Assembly (NCBI GenBank): GCA_947361355.1
Contig: CANAIR010000005.1
Location: 21,762-85,761 of the forward strand
Source of the DNA: an uncultured Clostridium sp.
GTDB taxonomy: Bacteria; Bacillota; Clostridia; TANB77; CAG-465
Length of the DNA: 64,000 nt
Reading direction: 5' to 3'
Part shown: positions 11,129 through 20,626 of the stretch, piece by piece
Layout of the letters: every line of letters starts with the position of its first letter
Position numbering within the stretch: the stretch's first letter is position 1
The notes under the pieces: model-generated
The model's database searches: none
Seen by the model: only the letters and a program-made list of their open reading frames with translations
What the model was told of the DNA's origin: nothing
Translations under genes and position numbers: made by a program

Positions 11129-11509
11129 ATGAAAGAATTAGAATTTTATAAATGCGAAGATTGCGATTATATAAAAGTAGAATTAGTAGATGAAAATGAA
11201 TGTGAGTCAAATTCTATGATTATGCTAATTCCAAATACAACTGATGGTGCAAAAGAAAAACATGTTCCAGTTGCAACATTTAATGAGGATATGTTAAATG
11301 TTGATGTAGGTAGTATTTTACACCCAATGACTGAGGAACATTTAATTAGTGAAATTCACATTGTTACAGATAATGGTTTGTATATGAAAAAAGAATTAAA
11401 ATCAACAGACGAACCAAAATATACATTTAAAATTGATGATGCAAAAAATGTAGATGTATATGCAGTTTGTAATTTACATGGTGTATGGAAAGTATCTGTA
11501 AATAGATAA
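11129..11509 (+). CDS. Desulfoferrodoxin / superoxide reductase
   Basis: EKHVP, HPMTEEH, CNLHGVW. Confidence 0.9.
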   Translation: MKELEFYKCEDCDYIKVELVDENECESNSMIMLIPNTTDGAKEKHVPVATFNEDMLNVDVGSILHPMTEEHLISEIHIVTDNGLYMKKELKSTDEPKYTFKIDDAKNVDVYAVCNLHGVWKVSVNR

Positions 11510-11560
11510 ATACTATATAAAAAAACTCTCCCAAGTTTTTTGGAAGAGTTTTTTTGTTTT

Positions 11561-13219
11561 TTATTCTTTTTCAATTGTATGAACTAAGTAATAATTATTT
11601 TGTTTTTCCACTTCTGCTGTATACTTATCATCAACTTTCATATTTGGAACAATAAGCATATTTGCAGTTATTGGTACAACAACTACATCATTATCTGAAA
11701 GAACATAATAAGATGTTGTTCCATTAATTGTAAATTCTTTTATGGAATCAACGGTAAAATTTATAGTTTCAAGCTTTACTTCTTCTGTTTTTTCAGTATG
11801 TTCGTCATTATCATAAGTGGTAAACGATTCGCCATTTAATGCTTTTTTGTAGTTTTCTAAAGCTTTTTCCATACCCTCTTGTTCACTTGCATAACCAACT
11901 ATTTTATAATCAGTTGCGCAAACAAAAGCATAAACTTTTACAAGCCCTGCTTTGTCTTTAAGTGAAGTACAGTAAGTGGGCATAGCCTTACCATCTACAT
12001 TAACATTTACAAGTAGTGGATCAGTTGCTTCGTATTTTTTTTCTTGGTAAATTGTTTCAGCAGATGACTGGGCAGAACTTTCGTCAACTGAGGATGGACA
12101 TGGTGTATATTTTGCTTCTCCAGTTCGCATATTAACAAGGAAGAACCCTATATTTGAGTGATCACTGGAGTTTGCAGATGTAATACCTGTGTATAAATAT
12201 ACGTCATCATCTTGTATTATGAAGTTATACAAAGATGTTGATTGTTTTACACCTTTTTGTGAGGATATTCCTAATGAATTAATAAATCCATTTTTAAACA
12301 TTCCCCAGGAATTAATTTGACTAAGTACTAAGTCAGTATCAAATGCCCTATCTATCCAAGATGGTACTTCAGATACTGGGTATTTTTTAATTTCGCCAGT
12401 AACAGCATTTAAAACTATAATATTTTTAATTGTTTTAACTCCATTTATAAAAGAGTTAATTGTAATTTCTGAAACTACCCAGAATGGAGTGCCATCATCG
12501 TCAATTTCAAAATTATATTCGCCTGTTACGCAAGTTGGGTATTTAGACTTAATATATTTGTTGAGATCACATGAAAAATATGCACTAGGTGAATATTTTA
12601 TTCCAGTTTCAAGTTTAACATATTCAGCTTTTTGAGTGATTAAGTCAACTTTAATATATCCTGGAATACCGTTTTCTTTATTTGACATATACTTGAAAAA
12701 GCCACCATATTTTAAAGGAATTACTCTATATGGTTTTCCATTATAGTTTATTAAAGTTGAATGATCGCTGTCAGCCTCAAACTGACTAATTACATCTTCG
12801 AGTTCACCAAGTTTTCTGTTAGCTAAATTAATTGCTACTGATGCGTCTATTCTTGGGACAGAGTCAATATCAAATTCTTCAACAGTTTCTTCAAAACTTG
12901 ATTCTTCTGTTACTTGTAATCTTTTTTGTAGTTTTTTAGCTTGAAATACAGAAGATCCTGCAAATTTGAATATTCCAAATGCAATTAATAAAAAAATACC
13001 AATACATGTTAATATTACAGTTATAGTGCCTATTTCATCATCTGCAAAGACTTCTGCTACTGAACTAAATACAATTCCTATAACAATGCAAATTAAAAAA
13101 GTTACCCAGGTCTCTGTTGCACTCATATTTATGGCAGGTCTAAAGAAAAACCACATAAAAATATAAGAAAGAACTATACCTATAGTGGCAGTTGCAATTT
13201 TTGATACATTTTCATTCAT
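11561..13219 (-). CDS. Conserved membrane-anchored protein of unknown function
   Basis: 552 aa, three N-terminal TM helices, large soluble domain, AGGAGG RBS. Confidence 0.75.
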   Translation of the reverse strand: MNENVSKIATATIGIVLSYIFMWFFFRPAINMSATETWVTFLICIVIGIVFSSVAEVFADDEIGTITVILTCIGIFLLIAFGIFKFAGSSVFQAKKLQKRLQVTEESSFEETVEEFDIDSVPRIDASVAINLANRKLGELEDVISQFEADSDHSTLINYNGKPYRVIPLKYGGFFKYMSNKENGIPGYIKVDLITQKAEYVKLETGIKYSPSAYFSCDLNKYIKSKYPTCVTGEYNFEIDDDGTPFWVVSEITINSFINGVKTIKNIIVLNAVTGEIKKYPVSEVPSWIDRAFDTDLVLSQINSWGMFKNGFINSLGISSQKGVKQSTSLYNFIIQDDDVYLYTGITSANSSDHSNIGFFLVNMRTGEAKYTPCPSSVDESSAQSSAETIYQEKKYEATDPLLVNVNVDGKAMPTYCTSLKDKAGLVKVYAFVCATDYKIVGYASEQEGMEKALENYKKALNGESFTTYDNDEHTEKTEEVKLETINFTVDSIKEFTINGTTSYYVLSDNDVVVVPITANMLIVPNMKVDDKYTAEVEKQNNYYLVHTIEKE

Positions 13220-13489
13220 TTTTAATTCCTCCTAATTAGATTGATTACTCACATAGTAAATGAGTATAAATATAAAGTGTCACATATATTATATACCAAT
13301 TATGACTTTATGTCAACAAAAGCTTGTAAAAAATATAATCAAAAAAGTATAAAAGAGTTTTAAAAATATTTTAAGATTTTAAATAAAAACTAGTTATTTT
13401 TATTGATAAATTATATTTTTTAATATATAATTTATGTAGTTAGTAATTTAGGATTGTTTTTAAATTAAAAATTAGAAAAGAGGTCTAAA

Positions 13490-15637
13490 ATGGAAAAAAT
13501 TATAAATGTACTAGCATTAGAGTTAGGAATAAAAAGAGCACAAGTAAAGAGTGCTATTGAGCTAATAGATGCTGGAAACACAATTCCTTTTATTGCAAGG
13601 TATAGAAAAGAAGTAACAGGAAATTTAGATGATGAGGTATTAAGAAAATTAGATGATAGATTAAATTATCTAAGAAATCTTGAGCAAAGAAAAGATGAAG
13701 TTATAAAACTTATTGATGAGCAAGGAAATTTGACACCTGAATTAAAAGAAAAGATAATAGGTGCAAATATATTAACAGAAGTTGAAGATATATATAGACC
13801 TTTTAAACCTAAAAAGCGTACTAAAGCAACTATTGCTAAAGAAAAAGGATTAGAACCACTTGCAAAAATAATATTAAAACAAAGTACAAAAGTTACATCT
13901 ATAAAGGAAGTAGTAAAAGATTTTGTTACTTCTGATATTAATGAAGAAGAAGCAATTTCTGGAGCATGTGATATTATAGCTGAAGAAATATCTGATAATG
14001 CAGAATATAGGAAAAAAATAAGAGGTATATCATATAGAACTGGAAAAATAGTTACTAGTGCTATAAAACCTGATGAAAGTTCAACTTATGATATGTACTA
14101 CAATTTTAGTGAAAATGTAAATAAGATTCCGTCTCATAGAATTTTAGCAATTAATCGTGGTGAAAAGGAAGAGTTTTTAAAAGTAAGGCTTGAGGTAAAC
14201 GAAGAGAAAATATTTAGTTATTTAGAAAAAGAAATTATTTTATCAGATAATATTTTTAAAGAACTTTTACAAGATACAATAAAAGATTCATATAAACGTT
14301 TGATAAAGCCATCAATTGAAAGAGAAATAAGGACAGAAAAATTTGAGGAAGCATCGGAACAAGCAATTAAGGTGTTTGGGGTTAATGTTAAAAATTTACT
14401 TATGGCCGCACCACTTAAAGGGATGGTTGTAATGGGATTTGATCCAGCATATAGGACAGGATGTAAGATAGCTGTAATTGATGATACAGGTAAACTATTA
14501 GATTATACTACTGTGTATCCAACTGAACCTCAAAATGATGTAGAAGGTGCTACAAAAAAGTTATTAGAATTTATATCTAAATATAGAATCGATATGATAG
14601 CAATTGGAAATGGTACAGCTTCTCGTGAATCAGAAAAATTTGTAGCTGATCTTATAAAAAAGGCCGATAGAAAAGTGTATTATACAATTGTAAGTGAAGC
14701 AGGTGCATCAGTATATTCAGCGTCTAAACTTGCTACAAAAGAATATCCTGATATAAATGTTTCTATAAGGGGAGCAATTTCAATAGCAAGAAGACTTCAA
14801 GATCCACTTGCAGAGCTTGTTAAAATTGATCCAAAAAGTATTGGCGTTGGACAGTATCAACATGATGTAAACCAAAAAAGACTAGATTTAAGTTTAACTG
14901 GAGTAGTAGAAGATAGTGTAAATAAAGTTGGAGTAGATGTAAATACTGCAACACCATCGTTGCTTTCATATGTATCAGGAATAAATAAAACTGTATCTGA
15001 AAATATCGTAAAATATAGAGAAGAAAATGGTAAGTTTACAAGTAGAAAAGAGTTTTTAAAAGTTCCTAAGCTTGGTAAAGCAGCTTTTGTTCAATGTGCA
15101 GGATTTTTAAAAGTGCCAGAATCTACTAATATTTTAGATAATACTATGGTTCATCCAGAATCTTATGATGTGGCTAAATCATTAATTGAAAGTTTTGGAT
15201 ATGACTTGAAAAAGATAACAAAGCTTGATTTAGAAAATCTAAAAGAAAAATTTGAAAAAGTAAACACAAAAGAATTGTCAGAAAAATTAAATGTTGGAAT
15301 TCCTACTATAGAAGATATAATAAAAGAATTGGAAAAACCAGGACGTGATCCAAGAGATAAAATGCCAAAACCAATTTTAAAAAGTGATGTGTTAAAAATA
15401 GAAGATTTAGAAGAGGGAATGCTTCTTACAGGAACTGTTAGAAATGTAATTGATTTTGGAGCATTTGTAGATATTGGAATAAAGGGTGATGGATTAGTTC
15501 ATATATCAGAGCTTAGTGATAAGTTTGTTAGAAATCCAATGGAAGAAGTATCTGTTGGTGATATTGTTAAAGTAAGAGTTATAGGTGTTGATTTAAAAAG
15601 AAATAAAGTAAAACTTAGTATGAAAGGAATAAATTAA
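13490..15637 (+). CDS. tex: Tex family RNA-binding transcriptional accessory protein
   Basis: TIPFIARYRKE, DPAYRTGCK, SEAGASVYSAS, IGVGQYQHD, C-terminal S1 domain. Confidence 0.95.
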   Translation: MEKIINVLALELGIKRAQVKSAIELIDAGNTIPFIARYRKEVTGNLDDEVLRKLDDRLNYLRNLEQRKDEVIKLIDEQGNLTPELKEKIIGANILTEVEDIYRPFKPKKRTKATIAKEKGLEPLAKIILKQSTKVTSIKEVVKDFVTSDINEEEAISGACDIIAEEISDNAEYRKKIRGISYRTGKIVTSAIKPDESSTYDMYYNFSENVNKIPSHRILAINRGEKEEFLKVRLEVNEEKIFSYLEKEIILSDNIFKELLQDTIKDSYKRLIKPSIEREIRTEKFEEASEQAIKVFGVNVKNLLMAAPLKGMVVMGFDPAYRTGCKIAVIDDTGKLLDYTTVYPTEPQNDVEGATKKLLEFISKYRIDMIAIGNGTASRESEKFVADLIKKADRKVYYTIVSEAGASVYSASKLATKEYPDINVSIRGAISIARRLQDPLAELVKIDPKSIGVGQYQHDVNQKRLDLSLTGVVEDSVNKVGVDVNTATPSLLSYVSGINKTVSENIVKYREENGKFTSRKEFLKVPKLGKAAFVQCAGFLKVPESTNILDNTMVHPESYDVAKSLIESFGYDLKKITKLDLENLKEKFEKVNTKELSEKLNVGIPTIEDIIKELEKPGRDPRDKMPKPILKSDVLKIEDLEEGMLLTGTVRNVIDFGAFVDIGIKGDGLVHISELSDKFVRNPMEEVSVGDIVKVRVIGVDLKRNKVKLSMKGIN

Positions 15638-15667
15638 TTTTTTTAGAAAGGGGTTGGAAGTTTTACA

Positions 15668-16168
15668 ATGTTTGATATATTTGAAATGTTTGACCAAAAA
15701 TTTATTACCAATTCTATAATTATATCAATAGTTGGTATATTTTTACTTTTTCTTATGTTTAGAGGATTTTTAAAGTATTCTAGTAATTTTAAAGTAGTTT
15801 TTCTATCACTAATAGTATATTCCTTTATATATATAACTGGTGTTACACTATATTATATATATGATAATCAATATATTTTTGATAATCAAACTAAGTATTA
15901 TATTTATGGTAGAGTACAATTAGTAGATGAAGATAATTATCTTATAAGGGTATATTCTACAAGGTCTACATTAGAGTCTGGAGGTACAGGAGTAGTAATT
16001 GCAAAACTTACAAGAAATACAGTGTATACAGCTCATGTAAATGGTGAAGAAGTAAAAATTGAATTAAGCGATATAAAACCAGGTGCAAATGTTGAAATTA
16101 TGTGTAAAGAGGCACTTGAAAATAATAATAGAGTAACTGCAATAAAAGTTACAAGAAGAAGTATTTAG
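15668..16168 (+). CDS. Hypothetical membrane protein with C-terminal beta-barrel-like domain
   Basis: 2 TM helices; SDIKPGANVEI motif resembles the neighbouring gene. Confidence 0.65.
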   Translation: MFDIFEMFDQKFITNSIIISIVGIFLLFLMFRGFLKYSSNFKVVFLSLIVYSFIYITGVTLYYIYDNQYIFDNQTKYYIYGRVQLVDEDNYLIRVYSTRSTLESGGTGVVIAKLTRNTVYTAHVNGEEVKIELSDIKPGANVEIMCKEALENNNRVTAIKVTRRSI

Positions 16169-16181
16169 TTGGAGGGATTTT

Positions 16182-16679
16182 ATGTTAAATTTTGATGATT
16201 TTTTAGAGATAGATATTGTTCTAATTTTTGGAATAATTATTCTAATATGTATAATATTGAATATATTATTTAAGAAGGTATCTATGCCTGTAATAGTTAA
16301 AAGGGGTATAATAGTTGGTGTAGTAATAGGAATAGGATTTATGTGCTTTAATTATATTGAAAAAGCTGAAGTTGCATATAAAGAAGATCATGGAAATAAC
16401 TTTGTAATAGGAAGAGTTGAATTTGTAAGTAATTCTATAAATAAAGTAAACATTAATTATATAAATTCTAATATAAAGGGTACTAATAAAGGTAAACTTA
16501 CAGTAAAGTTAAAAGGTTCAACACAAATATTAGTACAAAGCGGAAGTAATACTGAAAAAGTGGCAAATACAAGTGATTTAAAAGTTGGAGATATTGTTAC
16601 TGTATATTGTCCTGAAAGTGTAATTAGTAGAGAAAAACCAGAGATAACAGCAAGAAAAATAATGAAAAAAGAAAGTTAG
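16182..16679 (+). CDS. Hypothetical membrane protein, likely distant paralog of 15668-16168
   Basis: 2 TM helices; SDLKVGDIVTV...ITARKI; same length and layout. Confidence 0.65.
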   Translation: MLNFDDFLEIDIVLIFGIIILICIILNILFKKVSMPVIVKRGIIVGVVIGIGFMCFNYIEKAEVAYKEDHGNNFVIGRVEFVSNSINKVNINYINSNIKGTNKGKLTVKLKGSTQILVQSGSNTEKVANTSDLKVGDIVTVYCPESVISREKPEITARKIMKKES

Positions 16680-16686
16680 TGGAAAA

Positions 16687-18657
16687 ATGTATAGGATGTG
16701 TAAATATTTTAAATTAAATTATAAAAAGTTTATGATGACTAAAATATTATTATTGTTTTTAGTAATAGTATTATTTGTAGGAAATTTTGTAAATGCTGAT
16801 AGTGAGACAGCATATAATATTGGTGATTATGTAATTAATGCTACGGTTTTGAAAAATGGAAATGTCCATGTATCAGAATGTATTAAGTTTGATTTTCATG
16901 ACGTAGCAAACGGCATATATAGAGATATATTATATAGATATACTTATTCATCTCAAAATAGTGATATGAAACCAAGTTCATCAAGGTATCAAGCAGATAG
17001 TATTGAAAACATTTTAGTAACTGAAACATCATCTTCATATGAAGATGAAAATAAGTTTTCTCAAATATCAGAAAGTAATGCAAGAAATGGCATGAAAAAT
17101 TATTTTTCTATATCAAATATTAAAAATGATGGATATATTAAAAGGATAAAAATATATTCTCCAAGTCAAAGTTCTAGTACAAAGTATTTGAAAATAGAAT
17201 ATGATTTAAAAGATGTAGCAGTTTTATATAAAGATTTTGGGGAAATATATTGGAACTTTGTAGGTAAAGACTGGGACTGTGATATTTCAAATCTTAAGAT
17301 AAATATTAATTTTGAACAAGAATATAATATGGAAAATATTAGAGTTTATCCACATGGTTATACAGATATTATAAATTTAGTAAATGAAGATGGTAAAATA
17401 TCTTTTGAAGTTGAAAAACTTAAAAGAAAGACTGCAGTAGATGCAAGGGTAGTATTTCCAGCAAGCTATTTAGATTCATCTGTAAAAAAACAACTAAATG
17501 AAAATTATGATTTTAATACCTTAAATAAAATAGAAAAAAATATGGAGTTTGGAAAAACTAGAAATAAAATAAGTAATTTTATGAATTATGTAATTATTGC
17601 TATTACTATAATGTATATTATAATTTTATTTATAAAATCTGATAAAGTATCATCAAAAGGAAAAAATAAGAAAGTTGAATACTATACACAGCCTTTAGAA
17701 AATTTAAGTTTAAGTGTATATTTGAAGTTATGTGGTGGAAGTGTTTTAAGTCCAAATTTATTAATGGCAACAATACTTGACCTTCATAATAAAAAAGTAA
17801 TCAATATGGATTCTCAAAAAAAGGTAAAGAAATCTTTTGATGGAATTGAGTATGATTATTATTTGACTATAAATGAAGGTGTAAGGTTGGATAGCTTAAA
17901 TGAGTATGAAAGAATAGTTATAAATTATTTGTTTAACTCAAATCCTACTCCTAATATAACTACATTTAAAGAGGAAAAAATAGAATTAAATAAAAGGTTT
18001 AAGGAACTTTCTAAAAATACGTATTCTATTAGTAAATTGAATGCGGTTTGTACAAAACATGATAAAAAAATAGAAAGTACTGTCTATGAAAAAACAGATT
18101 CTAAGTTAAAAAGATTTAGTTTTATATTTATGTTTTGTATAATTGTAATATCACTTATAAATGTATTTTTAATATCACCTTTAAATATAGATTTAAAGAT
18201 TGACAATATTTCTATATATATAGTAGCGGGAATGTTTGTATTTATGTTTGCTATAATGCTTACTTTTGTAAAAAGTTTGAAACCAGATTATTATGAAGAA
18301 TATAATAATTTAAAAGGGTTGCAAAAATATTTAAAAGATTATAGTTTAATAAAGGATAGATATCCAATAGAGATTGCTTTATGGGATAGATATTTAGTAT
18401 TTGCTTGTCTTTTTGGAATTGCTAAAAAAGTTGCAAAAGAATTTAAAGAAGAACTTATAAGAAATGGTTATGATGATGATTATATATATATAAATTATCC
18501 AATGATAAATATGGCTATGTACTCTAGTACAATATCAACTTATGCTGCGTCTTCAACTGGTAGTAGTTCATCAGGAGGATTTTCTGGTGGAGGATCTGGT
18601 GGCGGAGGCCGGTGGAGGTGGCCGGTGGTGGTTCTTTCTAAAAATAATGTAATTTAA
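16687..18657 (+). CDS. DUF2207 family membrane protein
   Basis: NGIYRDI, YWNFVG.DW, LWDRYLVFA..FGIA, Ser/Gly-rich tail (tail appears frameshifted). Confidence 0.85.
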   Translation: MYRMCKYFKLNYKKFMMTKILLLFLVIVLFVGNFVNADSETAYNIGDYVINATVLKNGNVHVSECIKFDFHDVANGIYRDILYRYTYSSQNSDMKPSSSRYQADSIENILVTETSSSYEDENKFSQISESNARNGMKNYFSISNIKNDGYIKRIKIYSPSQSSSTKYLKIEYDLKDVAVLYKDFGEIYWNFVGKDWDCDISNLKININFEQEYNMENIRVYPHGYTDIINLVNEDGKISFEVEKLKRKTAVDARVVFPASYLDSSVKKQLNENYDFNTLNKIEKNMEFGKTRNKISNFMNYVIIAITIMYIIILFIKSDKVSSKGKNKKVEYYTQPLENLSLSVYLKLCGGSVLSPNLLMATILDLHNKKVINMDSQKKVKKSFDGIEYDYYLTINEGVRLDSLNEYERIVINYLFNSNPTPNITTFKEEKIELNKRFKELSKNTYSISKLNAVCTKHDKKIESTVYEKTDSKLKRFSFIFMFCIIVISLINVFLISPLNIDLKIDNISIYIVAGMFVFMFAIMLTFVKSLKPDYYEEYNNLKGLQKYLKDYSLIKDRYPIEIALWDRYLVFACLFGIAKKVAKEFKEELIRNGYDDDYIYINYPMINMAMYSSTISTYAASSTGSSSSGGFSGGGSGGGGRWRWPVVVLSKNNVI

Positions 18658-18780
18658 AAGAGTAAGTAATTTTTACTTACTTTTTTGTTATATTTTTAAT
18701 AAAGCTTGATAATAATATTTAATAATGATACAATAGTTATAGCTATTTAATGATAGTAATTTTCATTTATTTTAGGAGGT

Positions 18781-19863
18781 ATGTATATGAGTGAAAAAAT
18801 AAAAGTAGCACAATATGGTTGTGGAAAAATGTCAGTGTATACTATGAGATATGTATATGAAAAAGGGGCTGAAATTGTTGCAGCTTTTGACATTGATGAA
18901 AATAAGTTTGGCAAAGATATTTCAACTATAATTGGTGGAGATTATAAAGGTGTAGAAATATCTGACGCTAAAGAGGCAGAAAAAGTATTAAAAGAAACAA
19001 AACCTGATATATGTATAATAACAACAATGAGTTTATTTAGCGATGTTTACGATGCTTTTGAAGTATGCGCAAAATTAGGAATAAATGCTATTTCTACATG
19101 TGAAGAAGCTTTTTATCCAATGAATTCTAATCCAACACTTACTAAAAAATTAGATGAGATTGCAAAATCTACAAATTGTACATTAACAGGAGCTGGATAT
19201 CAAGATGTATATTGGGGAAATTTAATAGCAACTTTAGCTGGTAGTTCTCATAATATAACTAAAATAAAAGGAAGTTCAAGTTATAATGTAGAGGATTATG
19301 GTATAGCACTTGCAAAGGCACATGGTGCTGGTCTTACTTTAGAACAATTTGAAAAAGAAATTGCTTCAGTAGATAAAATATCTGATGAACAAAGAAAAGC
19401 TGTAATTGAATCTGGTGAGTATCTTCCATCATATATGTGGAATGTAAATGGATGGCTTGCAGATAGATTAGGACTTACAATAACACATCAAACACAAGTT
19501 ACAGTGCCAATGACACATAAGAAAGATTTAAAATCTTCAACTTTAGGAATGACAGTAAAAGCAGGAGATGCAACTGGTATGTCAGCAGTTGTAACTTCTA
19601 AAACAAAAGAAGGTATAATAATTGAATCTGAATGTATTGGTAAAGTATATGCTCCTGATGAGTTTGATAAAAATGAGTGGACTTTATATGGTGAACCAGA
19701 TACAACAGTTGTAATAAATAGACCAGCTACAGTTGAGCTTACATGTGCAACAATTGTAAATAGGATTCCAGATGTAATAAATGCAAGACCAGGATTTGTT
19801 CCAACTGAGGAAATGCCTGTACTTGAATATAGAACTAATAACTTAGATACATATCTTGATTAA
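18781..19863 (+). CDS. Dihydrodipicolinate reductase-like / diaminopentanoate dehydrogenase-like oxidoreductase
   Basis: KVAQYGCGKM Rossmann start; TCATIVNRIPDVINARPG. Confidence 0.75.
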   Translation: MYMSEKIKVAQYGCGKMSVYTMRYVYEKGAEIVAAFDIDENKFGKDISTIIGGDYKGVEISDAKEAEKVLKETKPDICIITTMSLFSDVYDAFEVCAKLGINAISTCEEAFYPMNSNPTLTKKLDEIAKSTNCTLTGAGYQDVYWGNLIATLAGSSHNITKIKGSSSYNVEDYGIALAKAHGAGLTLEQFEKEIASVDKISDEQRKAVIESGEYLPSYMWNVNGWLADRLGLTITHQTQVTVPMTHKKDLKSSTLGMTVKAGDATGMSAVVTSKTKEGIIIESECIGKVYAPDEFDKNEWTLYGEPDTTVVINRPATVELTCATIVNRIPDVINARPGFVPTEEMPVLEYRTNNLDTYLD

Positions 19864-19900
19864 TATAGAAGAACGTGAGTTTTGGCTCACGTTCTTTGAT

Positions 19901-20356
19901 TTAAATATTTTCTAAATTGGATTCAAAATTAGATTCTAAATTATCTAATTGCTCTCTAGCATATAAATTGATGGAAACAGAAAAATTGAAGTAATTTTGT
20001 ATATAAAATTCCTTTGCATCTTTAAATAATTTTTCTGATTCTTCGATAGTTAGAGCATTGTAACATTCTTCTAGTTTTGAAAGTATTGCTTTATCACTTT
20101 CAGGGTCACATTTTTGAAGTGATACAAAAATACGCTCAGCAAGATACTTTTTAAACTTAAAAAAGTATACAATGCTAAAAGTGACAGCAATAAATAAAAT
20201 TTTATTTTCATTTATTACAAAACTTGCAATATAGAAAAAAATTGTTAATATGAAGAATATAGCAGATATGTATTTTAGTTCCCTAATTTTACATTCTTCA
20301 TAATCTTCGTATTTCTTATATTTTTCGAGGTAATCAAGTACAGTTAAATTTTCCAT
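19901..20356 (-). CDS. Hypothetical membrane protein
   Basis: AAGGAGG RBS before MENLT; 2 TM helices. Confidence 0.6.
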   Translation of the reverse strand: MENLTVLDYLEKYKKYEDYEECKIRELKYISAIFFILTIFFYIASFVINENKILFIAVTFSIVYFFKFKKYLAERIFVSLQKCDPESDKAILSKLEECYNALTIEESEKLFKDAKEFYIQNYFNFSVSINLYAREQLDNLESNFESNLENI

Positions 20357-20572
20357 ATTAAATCCTCCTTTAAAGTTATAAAGAAACAAATTTGTATAAT
20401 ACTATATATATAATTATACTAAATTTTGAGTAAAAAATCAATAATGATTAGTAAAATTATGTAATTTATAATATATTTTAATATAGTAATATATTAAAAT
20501 ATGATTTGATTTATTAAGAAGATGTATTTTTTTATACAAGTTATGTGAGTAAAAATATTTTTAAATAATATG

Positions 20573-20601
20573 TTGACAAACACTTGTTTGTATTGTATAA
20601 T
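20573..20601 (+). promoter_or_regulatory. uvrA promoter with SOS-box-like palindrome
   Basis: TTGACA-17-TATAAT overlapped by CAAAC-actt-GTTTG (20577-20590), a variant of the Firmicute LexA box GAAC-N4-GTTC. Confidence 0.7.
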
Positions 20602-20626
20602 GTTTTTTAGAAAAAGGAGATAAGAA

